DNA of 53,987 nucleotides from Perkinsus olseni (Eukaryota): NCBI GenBank assembly GCA_013115125.1, contig JABANN010000197.1, positions 1 to 53,987 of the forward strand, read 5' to 3'. Shown piece by piece: positions 25,563 to 36,689 of this stretch (position 1 is its first letter; each line of letters starts with the position of its first letter). The notes under the pieces were generated by a model. It saw only the letters and a program-made list of their open reading frames with translations, ran no database searches and was not told where the DNA came from. The position numbers and the translations under genes were made by a program.

Positions 25563-26061
25563 TCAATTTTTGCCGTGCCAGTTCGGAAAGCACTCTTCAA
25601 AGCTTTTCTTTCCCTCGTGCTTGGACTGAATGTGCTGCTCAAGTTGACTCCTTTTCTGAGTTACCATAAATTGTTGTCGGCAAACCTGAAAAATTTGAAA
25701 ATAAAAATATAGCAAAAATAATACATTACACATAAAAGCAAACCGAAAATTATTTAAACCAGCTCGACCGAACAACAGTTGAACCAACACCCGACTAAAA
25801 TCAGTTCGAACGAGTCTGGTAATACCAGAGATCCCAGCTTTACTCTGCCGAGTAAACGAGCAGTAATGAGGCAAAATAATGGAAAAATATTTTTCGGAAT
25901 TATGAACGAAAACGGATCTTCGCGACTCCTGTTATTACCGTGCAAATGATTCCGAGGGCCTTCTGGTTGGCTTCGATCTGACTGGTGCCACCCTTCGACA
26001 TCTTGTCCTTCCTCGCGAGCGCTCGCTGGCGATCCTTATCACGCTGGTTACCACGAGTCAT
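25563..26061 (-). CDS. ZNF706: ZNF706/SERF(4F5)-like small zinc-finger protein, two exons
   Basis: MTRGNQRDKDRQRA...ICT/VCRQQF...LEQHIQSKH...CFP. Confidence 0.88.
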
Positions 26062-26219
26062 TGCAGAGCAAAAGGGAAGACGAAAAACTGCAGGAGCGTA
26101 ACCAAAAGGTCCCCGGACCGATCCCCGGTCCCCGCAACTACCTATTCTTCCCTCAGAAAATCAGACAACCTTTCAACAACTCCACAAAATCCGTTCGAAA
26201 CCACTAGGTCTTATTATTA

Positions 26220-27869
26220 CTACTCATGCATATCCAAGGTCGACCTCAGGTACAAAGATACGCATCTGAAACCGTAAGATTCCTTCAACGTCACACAACC
26301 GACCCTACCCTCAGGCCTCCTACCACGGTCCCCTCCACTCGGATGCATCAAAATATCTCGAAGTTGGACCGCCAAATTGATCAGACCAATTCGCTCATCA
26401 CAACCCGATCTAAGTCTGTAGTCCTCTGCTGCTAGCCATCGCAACATCTTCGCCTGAAAATTTCCAGAAATTTCCGAAAATTTTCCGGAAAATATTACTT
26501 TTTGCAAATCATTGAGTTCAGCGTCACCAACAACTCGGGTAACAAGCTGTTCAACAAGCTGCATACAATTGTACCCCTCACCAAGCACCAGCGTATCACA
26601 GAGAGCAACCAAGGTCGACCATGGGTCTTTACGGGAAGAAAGATTCTTCAGACCCTCTATTAATTTCGCCGAGACCTCGGCAGGGACGGACTGAAAAACC
26701 AAAATCACGAAACAAAAATCGCTTCGCTCCGCTAGACCTACCCCGCTAGCTTCCAGAATATCCTCCACAGTTACAGTACTATCATAGTCCTTTGCCAAGC
26801 AAGAAGATACCTACCAAATCGATCAACCGCTTCATCCACACATGAAATATCTTACCATCTGCAACGTATTAATGGCCGTCCTTAAATCGCCATTAGAAGT
26901 CTCTAGAAGCGCCCCCATGGCCCCCTCTGCCAGCCGGACATCTTCACAACTCGCGATGTGCTCAAGACGAGCTCGCTGGGAGTCGTCGGAGAGCTGCAGA
27001 GCACGATGAGCACGAAAAGAGACACTCACAGTAGTACCGGTTCGAAACGAAACTTCGCGCAACGGGATTGTAGGGGCTCGATAATCCTGAAAAATGATGA
27101 GCATACCACTCCTCCCCCAAATCGCCTTTCTTTCTACCTAGACACGTAGTTGCAAATAATACAGAATCTCGTCACTTGCGTGTAATTCTCGATGATCCTC
27201 CTCAGGGCAGCCTGATCCGTATCTATCAAGCTTCAACCTAAGATACCTCCACCCCACCTGCGCATCTTTCGTCATAGAATCAGCTTCATCAAGAACGATA
27301 ATCTTAAAGGGTGGGACGCTCCTACCCGACCCCGGCGCCACTGCTCGGACCGAAATCTGATACCAATTTTTTCGCAAGTCACCGAAAATCCTTCGCTCAC
27401 CTGCGCAAATTTCTTGACCTTATCCCGGATGACATCAATACCACGCTCGTCAGAAGCGTTCAACTCGAGCACTCTGTCTCGCCACAGGTCAGGGCCGAAG
27501 AGCTCCCTAGCCAAGGCGAGGATCGCTGACGTCTTGCCGTTGCCAGGAGGGCCGTAGAAGAGTAAATGTGGCAGCTGAGATAGGGGGGCCGACGGCCATT
27601 CGGAAGACCCCGGGTTCTATTCCCAGCCGTACATTTCCCGTCCCCACCGCCTCCTTCAACGCGCTCACCACTTCCGGCTGATGAGCGAGATCGCCTACTT
27701 TAGCTGGGCGACTGAAAAAGATACACTATCAGAAATCTTGGGACGTTGAGTAATGCCAGGTTCGACCTAAGATACTCACACAAAGACGCTCCCGTTATTA
27801 CTATTTTTCAACCCACGGCACAGCCCTCTCCGGTTTCTGCTTTACGGCGGACGACGATGAAGAGGACAT
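26220..27869 (-). CDS. RFC4: Replication factor C small subunit (human RFC4 / yeast Rfc2 type), multi-exon
   Basis: [57 protein letters not shown]. Exact stop uncertain. Confidence 0.9.
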
Positions 27870-28173
27870 GGTCGTCGAGAGTGATCAATAACCCGCAATC
27901 CTCAGACAAAAGCTAAACCGCGAAAAATTTTTTTCAGTTAAGTCATTAGCGCGCGCCATCATGATCGATAACTCCATACCCACCACCAACCTTCAGGCAC
28001 AGGTTCTACCCCGGGGCCTGACAGCATTAAAAACGGCTAAACCACGAGTAGAACCTGCGACCTCACGGTAATGAACCTCTCGCTCTCCCTGTTCAACTAA
28101 CCGCACACGCAAAACTAGCTTGTTCTAAACAACAGCTGGTAAAGACCACAAGACTCATGCAACACTAAACACT

Positions 28174-31100
28174 TCACGGCATTTTCAGCGTGCGCATCTT
28201 CGAAGTCGCTTCACTCCCCAGAGAAGCATACAGCGAAGCCGCATCCGCTGACGTTGGGGCCGCCAAGGGCCTCATCCACGCGCCGCTCGCCGTCAAATTA
28301 GCCGACTTCGCCGCCGGACTACCCCCGCCTGAAGAACGGATCTTTCCGGTAGACTAGCACCTCGACCTACTCATTCCGTGTAAGCGAATTTCCTGATGAC
28401 GGAGCTGTCGCTCCTGTTCGCTCAGCAGCAATTGGGCTTCCCTCAGTTCGCCTGAAAAATTACCGGAAGGACGCTCGAGAATCTCCCCCGTGCGACTTAC
28501 GTTGAAGCTGAGTATTGTCCTGAGCGAGGTGGTTGGTGGAAACGACCAACTCCTGCAGCTTTGAATGGTACCTGCGATTTAATTTCCTGGCGCAGTGACG
28601 TTGGCACTGCCAATTTGGCAGAGAGCGTATTTCGTGGCGCAGTGACGTTGGTGGACAACATCGAGATATGAGAGGTGTTGTGAATCTTGAAACCGTCTCT
28701 GGAACGCTAATTTCACGTGTACAAATCCATTCGAGAATCGATTCTGAGTCTCAGAATAGGTCTACTAAACGGGTGGATTGAGAACATGCTCGCTCCGTCC
28801 GAGAATGATTTGTTCAATTCCCCACCAATTTCTTGCTGATACGAAGAGACCCGTGAACCAAAGGGACAGCATGACTTTCCGAAAAATCGATCATCATGGG
28901 CCATGATGATCGATTTTGCGCCATGATTCATGGCGCGCTACTCACGCTTGCACGCAGACGCAAACATGGCATTCGCGACACGCCTACATCAACTTTACGG
29001 ACCCGGAGTCCGGGTCCCGGACTGTGGGCGAACGAATCAGGTAGAGGAAGCCGACAGAACCTTCCCTTCGTCGTGTGACGAGCCAGCATCAGGGTTCAGC
29101 AATCACGCGGATAGATCCTAATTCGCTTTAGTAAAGAAAACCCCAATCCACCGATCTCAGCTCTGTTTCCTCTTTCTTACAATCTGTCTACCATCCCCAA
29201 AGATTCTCTCCCACCCCCATCCATATTCCCCAATCAGTCATTCGAGTACTACCATTCTAGTTCAAGTTGCAAATGGCGGCAATCCTGTTGGGTGAGGAGG
29301 AGCTCTTGATACACCTCCTGGGACGCTGCACCACCGGAAGCATCGGCCGAATTGACGCCCATGCCGAAGCCACCAAAGCCTCCCCCTCCTGCGCACTGCT
29401 GGAGCATCATGTCCTGAGTAATTCACGATTTTCCACCGCTTAGCACGTGCGCTAATTAAAGAAATACAAGCATAATATTTCAGCCCAGATAGCTCAGTTG
29501 GGAGAGCGCCAGACTGAAGATCTGGAGGTCCTCAGTTCGATCCTGGGTCTGGGCATTTTCTTCTCAAGTTCAACAATCTCAGCCTTAGTACCCGCAGCAA
29601 CCCAATCACCCCCTGCCCACCTTCTGCGCTATATCTGTCTTCAATTTGACAATCTCCCGGGTCAATCCTCCAACATCTATGTCGCCGCTCTGAGCAAATA
29701 AACTCACCACGACCTGTCGCCCAACCAGCGACCACCTGGAATTTCGCTATCTGTGAGTTCAACTCCGTGATAGTTTGATTCGCAGTCCGTATTTCAGTAT
29801 CCTTAACCATCAATTGCTGCTGCAACATCACATCCATGCCACCGCCACCACCTGCCCACCCAAAGGTCCCCGGTTCGATCCTCGCGAGCAAGAACTGTCC
29901 CACCTATTGCATTGGATGCAAGCATGTTCATTCTCGATACGGACGAGAAAGCATCCGCGGAGGCGGGAGTTGTCGCGGCCGGTCCAAGCGACATCTACAA
30001 CACAGTCGTCCCGAAATTTTTCCCATAAAATTTCCACCTTTTGTTGTTGCACGAACAACATTAAAGTAGAATATTGACTCGCCAGCTGATCCACCACTTG
30101 CTGAATCGACGCCATCTCATCAGCCAGCTCCACAATATTAGGCGGGCCACCTGAACAACAGCGTTGAGGAAATGCAAGATTGCAAGATGTGCCCACCTTC
30201 GCCTTCCGGTATCTCCCCCGAGGCAATATTAACCGCCTGTATAACGTCTTCCAATATAGCGGCCATAGACTCTCCCTGCTCAGCTGTCAGCGCCATCCTC
30301 TGACCTATGATTCAATTTGGCCACCAGGAGAGCTAATCGCGCTCGCCCTAATGATCGATTTGACCCTTACCTGTCCCACAGTCTACCATGACGTTCGCCC
30401 TCTGGGCCACTTTGTTGCAAACTCTCAGAGATGAGTTTGCAGCGTCCACCACCGTGCACGCGCTCGCCATTTCGCTCGCCAGACTCTGCAGTTGCTCACA
30501 CACTGGCGGTACCAAGTCTCCTGAAAAAAGCGCGCGCCCAAATGATCGATTTGGTAAAGTGGCAGTCATCACCTGATCCTTCTTTCGGACCACCCACTGC
30601 CGAAGAGAGGGAATCCAACAGACACTCTATGGGCTCCGCGATGGACAGCAAGGCAGAAGGGCAGACCTTGACGAATGCAATATGCTCGGATCGAACCCGG
30701 GTCATCGGTATGACAGCCCAACGTACTTTCCCTTTAGCCTTCAACTCCGTCTCTAACATATGCGTTTCGTCAGTCGACCCCTTCATAACTTTTATTCGGT
30801 ATTCCAACTCCTTTACTTGATATTCAAACTCAGCAACGGCATCAGCGCCCGACCCTCCCCCACCGTGTCCTGGCAACCCATTCCCTCAAACCCGCACAGG
30901 TTCGATCCCCACCACCTACCACCGGCCAGCCCATTCATCAAAGTAATATCCAGCGTATTCGACTTGTACTGTGTGAGATCCTCTTCGACAGATTCCTTCA
31001 TCAAGAACGTCCTCACCCCCCTAACGAGAGCAACCTCCATGCGCAAAAAATAGAAAAAAAAGAAAAGAAAATCCCAGAATCCATTTCGGTATGCTTTTTG

Positions 31101-34100
31101 CGCTATAAAAAAACGCAAAAAACAGATTAAGCCCATCCCGACTTCCGGAGCACCAACAACCTTAACAAGGCGTCACGACGGAGACAATGGGAGCTTCTGA
31201 AGCTCAGAATAAATTCTGAAACCTCATTTCACGCGGAAATTCAATTTCAGAATCGATCCTGAGTTTCTCAATTTATTTACTCTACCAAGGGAATGTTTTA
31301 ATCCCGTAATCGCGATTTTTTTTCGTAATAGATTGCCAATAGTCGCGCAGTCCACGGTATGCTCACCCCTGCCCAGACTCCTTCGCCCCTAACGTTCCAC
31401 GCTCTTCAAACTCATAAAGCCCCGAGCCTTCGTATCTGACAAAAAGTGGGCAATCGAAAGGTCCCCGGTTCCATTCCCACGTACTCCTTGTCGATTTCCA
31501 CCTTCGTCGCTTCAGTGCAATGAACGTGATTTCCTATCCCAGTGATGGCCATATGCTTAGCCAGATCGACGGTTTCGCCGAAAAATGAATAACTGGGCAT
31601 CGAGTGCCCACTACCAACGATCAGACCACCGTAGGAGGGCCTGAAAAAACGCGAAAAAAATTCCGGAAATTTTAGGAAAAATGGACGAAGTTGCCACCTC
31701 GGAAAAAAAATTGGCACAGCTACAATTTACCGGGATTTTCGTGAGAAACACACACAAGACCAACACCGGCGGAAAGTGTGTGTAAGCTTCAAGTCCAACG
31801 ACAAAAAACCGGCGAAAACTAAGAAAATATCGGAAAAATTGTGGTCGAGGGTATCCCTCCATCTTCTCACCCAGTAGCCACGCCGATCAAAAATTCGACG
31901 CTCTTTCCAGCGACTTTGATATTAGACTGCGCCAGGCCGCCCAGGACGTCCTTTCCGTAGGCCAAGACATTCTCGACATGCTCTTCCTGTCTATCATGCC
32001 CGCATACCACCAACACGCCACTGCCGTCCATTTCGACCTGAACGCGGACGATAGGAAAAAAATTTCCCGTAAATTTCCGACCCTGAAAACGTCATGGGGC
32101 TTCAAGAAGAGGTCAAAGACCGTCGTCATTTTATTCAGGAGGACGCAGAGTTGCGAGATGGGAACGATTTCTTGGATGATCTCAAACTCCTTCATCATGC
32201 CGTAGAGGAAGGTCACACTCTCGAACTTGTTGGCAACCAAACTGCCTTCATCTGAGGAAAAAAATACAATAAAAACGCCTTAGCCGGGGATCGATCCGAG
32301 GATCGATCCTGTTCCTACTTTTGCTGATACTGCCTAGGACGTTCTTGGGCAGCGTCCTCTGCATCATTTCGTTGTTGACTTTCCGTTCATAGCTAATGTC
32401 ATCCATCAGCTTCCTTACCACCAGGGATTGTATCTGCGTATGAAAATGATACCCTCAGGGGTAGAACCCACGACCATACGCGTGAAAGCGAAGCAGTGCA
32501 CCTACCCGAGCACTGAGCTCCTCCTTCTCGACGCTCCTTTGAACCACATCGTTCGCAAAATGCTTGACAGCTCCCAATTTACCATCATTAGTCAGCTCAT
32601 TCGTGATCATAATCTGACGAAAATACCTCTCCCAGGAATCGAACTAGAGACCTTCGGATTACCACAGGTAGCGACAGCTGGAACTCCCGCCGGACTATGT
32701 CGAGCACTTCAAATCCCGTCATCCCCCCGACCGACTTGGTCGTCATGTCACCCGATATCAACAAGATATCCGGCAGGGCGCAGCTTTCCAAAGTTTCAAT
32801 GCAATCATAACCATCCAAACTCCTCTTATACTCAAACCCGGCATCCTCTGCGCACAGCAAAGATTCTTCGCCCGACTTTCATTCGACACTTACTGTCCAG
32901 AATGTTCTCCAGGCCTTCATGATTCTTCACGACGTCATCACAGCTGAGGACGCTGATGCTGCCGGCCTCCGCCAGCCTCCTCTGCGCCTCTTCCTGCAGA
33001 GTGACCTCGCCGAACTCATCATCAACATCAGCGCCGCTGGCCGCTAAGTTAAACAGCCGTTCTTCCATGCTAACGACCCAGGTTCGATCCCCACCATCTC
33101 CATCTCCGTCATCATCTTCTCCACCCGCTGACAGAAGCCCTTTCGTCGCCGAAGAATGTCGTTTCGCCATCCGTGCGTCTGAAGCGAAGGATCTGGCCCT
33201 GGTCCATAGAGACCGAGGACCGCCACTTTCCATCTGCGCCGTCAGGAAGGCAGAAGCAGTTGGAGTTTTGCCGCCCTCGTGCGCTCCCCCCGCGACTTTC
33301 ACCTCGTCCGCAATTCGCTGTGGCAGGCTAACGTAGAATTGGGAGCCTGATCACGAACTTATGAAAAATTGGTATGAAAAAAATTTTCCAAATCCGTCTC
33401 AGCAGGCCTCGCAATCAGCCGACTCGGCTGAGCCGAGTTCGGTACGGCCTCGTCACTGCTGCAATTCCAAAGAACGCGGCCGAGCGCTAGGCTAGCTACC
33501 ATTCGCAGGCGAGAAAAGACAGCTATTCAGGCTACTGCGGGTTGACGAAGATTGGACTTCTCGAGAACAGGGGTGAAATCACGAGGAGACATTCTCCCCC
33601 TTCCTGAGCTGATACTCTTACCCTTTCCTAACTCCGACTCCACCCATATCTTTCCACCATGAAGCTCGGATACCTTCGTACAGATCGCCAACCCAAGACC
33701 CTGAAGATACTTATAAAATCTCTGTCGCATCAAACTGGCCTAGCGCGCGTGCATGATTTCATCCTTGTTATGCTCGCTGCCATAACTCGAGATTCGCCAT
33801 ACGCTCACCCGAACAGATCTGTTCGTCGATCGCAATCATATTCCGACAGCGGCAACGCATCACCAGGAGCAATCGATAGTCGGTTCAACCGACTATCCAA
33901 CCGACTCGGTTGGCACGGGACGGTGTTCCTACCAGGCCTCCTCCCTTTCCTTCTTCCTCCTGTCCAAAAGCTTCAAAAATTTTCGTCAAATTTTCTTTCT
34001 TGATGCCTTGTCCAGAGTCGGCCACGTACAGTAACAAAGTACCAGTCTCCTCCTCGAACTTGGACCCAATACGGACAAATCCTGCGAAGAAAATACCCTC

Positions 34101-36689
34101 GATGGGATTCGAACCCACGACCTACCGGAGGGGGTGAACTTGAGGGCATTGTTCACGAGGTTGAATATAACTTGAGAGAGCCTCTCCTTGTCGCCTTCAA
34201 TCAACTGAGTACGCACAGCAAAGAATCTTCAGTTTCAGGAGTATCTTTCAATCCGTCATACGCCAGGATCAACCTGAGATATTCACGCGAAAATATCTTC
34301 TCACCGGAAGATCCGGATCGCAATCTATCTGCAGATCAACGGACTCCTTTTTTATTTTCTTTCCGTTTTTGTCAACAGCCATGCTCATCAGCTCCCAAAC
34401 TTCCTCGCAAATCTCGTTGCAATTAACCGTCTTCGTCAAATTCAACTGCATTTTCCCGTCCCTCAGCGCGCTAACATCCATGATCATATTCACCAGTCCC
34501 ACTAGTCGAACCTGCAGCGCGCACGGCTACCAACCAATCCACCCAGGTTCGAATCTTACCCCGCAAGAATTGATCATTTTCAAGTGCTTAGTTCTCCCCT
34601 TGTTCTGCTCCGTTTTAATCAGGGCATCCGAAAGTCCGATAATACCGTTCAGAGGAGTACCTAAAGTCCGACTCTTAAAATAGGTGGGCGACAGTACGGG
34701 TACGTTCTAGTACGGAGTACGGTACGAGTACGAGTACGGCTCCGTACCCGAACTACCCGTCGCAGCGGTTCCCGAGTACCGTACTAGTACGCCGTATTTG
34801 AAGTACGGCGTAATTTAATACACGTATGCGTTATATAATATATTTAATACATACTAGTTCTCCGTACCCGTATTAGGTTGACAGTCTGAAACGTACTCCC
34901 TACCGTACTTCCCTCGACCCCAGTACGGTTGCCCAGCTCCAGACTCTTCCCACCCGGGAGCCCTCGAGCCAGAGAAAGTTGATTTTTCCCAGGGAACGGT
35001 GATCGCTCCGCCAACTGATTCATATTTCTATTTGGGAAATCTCGTAAATAAGTTGACAGTTGACTTTGAGATGACAAATAACTTAAACGATGGCCTTAAC
35101 AATAAAGGCCTGCGAACTTAACGACCACAGTTGGGCGAAAAATTTCGGGTAAGAAAGTCGGCAACTGCTGACCGAAATATCACCGCCCTGACGATTCGCC
35201 GGCTAGGCTACAGCCGAAATCTCGCCAAAGCGTTGATATCAGTCATTATTATAGCGTACGACTCCGGAATGAGAGTTTTCCGTCAATAACTGCCTTACGC
35301 AGTTCGTGTGCAACTCCGGCGAGGAAGTCCTGCTGCTGTCTTTCAGCCATTTCTTGCTTCGTGAGATCTTTTATGTGCGCCATGAGAAAGTAATCCTGCG
35401 ATCGCGGCTCTTCCGAGAGATGGTTGATGACCATCTCAACCTGATTCGGGACTCCAGAAAAAACTCGGCGGCTTCTCGGAAGGGGTACCGAGATGACGCT
35501 GCCGTCCTTCTTTTTCAGCTGTCCTTTAATCGGTCGCACAACCTTGCAGACTGTAAAGGAATTCTTCCTCCTCAAACCCTGAGCATATCTTAGGTTGACC
35601 AACGGAGGATACGAAAAAGGTCAGAATCAGCGTAGGGAGAGTTGACCTCACCTCCTTCCGATTGGAGTCAGTCTTAGAGACGAAGGAGTCCACGAAATTC
35701 TGATGGTTCACCGCAAACTCATCAGCCATCAGGACCTGTACCGGGGCATAGCTTTCGTCGCGCTTCAAATATTCGGAATCTTACCGTCACATTCTGACCG
35801 ACCAAATACGCCGCCACATGGCCAGTGATGATCTCAACAGCAGCATTAGCATGCACCTAAGAGCCAGGTACTACCCCACATCGAAGCAGGAAAGCTACAC
35901 CAGCGGTTTGATTCACGAGTGTTAACCAGTAGAGCCCCGGTTCGAACCGCGAGACTATCTCTTTCTACGAACCCATGTAGAATCCGATCGATAGGATAAA
36001 GATTCTGAATTTTCCTCATGTATCACAAAAGAAGTTCGATTTCAATCACTTTTGAAATCCGCTAACTCCACTGTAATGTTCACATCGCTGATTCCATCTT
36101 GCTCCGGTAAGAAGCTCCGCTGAAACTAAGCTGAGTGGCGGATGATCAGAAGACAGCAGGCGAAAATTGGATTTCAGATGCCATCTCAATCGATGACACT
36201 CCCGGTGCAGTATACCAAAATAGTATACCCCACCTGTGCGTGCGTAGACTGTACTGAAACTGTTCGCTTGTGAAACAAGACTTCGTTCCGAGGGCGTTCG
36301 AATTCGTGTCACGAAAGAAGCGCGATCTCAGCGACTGTTGAAAGCCATGAAACCGCTCACTAGGCTACGATAGATCCACTCTGAATACGTGAGTACACCC
36401 TACTGAGGGTAAACGTGACCGCGGTAACAAGCCAGCGCCGCTTTCGGCTCCCATTTAACTCGCTCAGTAAACTTGATTCGAGACTCAATATCGATTCTGG
36501 GATTGATTTTAACGCGTAAAATGTGGTTCCAGGATCGATTCTGACTTTCAGAATTGATTTAAATTCTCTCAGTACCATCCGTCCACCGCATCCTACAATA
36601 TTCCCCTTCTTATCCGCCAACACCATCATATCAGTGAGGTTGTCCATCAGCCCCTGGACTCCATCCCAGTACGGTCCACTAGCGGTCAT
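28174..36689 (-). CDS. Hybrid PAS - histidine kinase (HisKA/HATPase) - receiver-like - class III cyclase-like - coiled-coil protein, >25 exons
   Basis: PAS (MMVLADKKGNI/VHANAAVE..GH...LVGQNVT), H-box AHELR/TPLNGIIG, N-box NLVNNALKFT, DSGQGI, GLGLAIC, REC-like PDILLI...GFEVL, cyclase-like FD..., IGVATG, PSYSFFGETV, FEERG; most checked exon junctions are phase-consistent, including the last exons to TGA at 28174. Confidence 0.85.
29483..29555 (+). tRNA. tRNA-Phe(GAA)
   Basis: GCCCAGA/TCTGGGC acceptor, CCAGA-CT GAA GA-TCTGG anticodon arm, TTCGATC loop, followed by TTTT. Confidence 0.95.
34678..34941. mobile_element. hAT-type MITE, copy 1 (intronic)
   Basis: Closely matches 39151-39413; flanked by GACTCTT direct repeats (34670-34676, 34942-34948). 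Confidence 0.8.

Noticed and set aside
24928-25593. 221-aa minus-strand ORF
   Set aside because: Runs through a MITE and introns in a frame different from the coherent TMEM229-like splice model.
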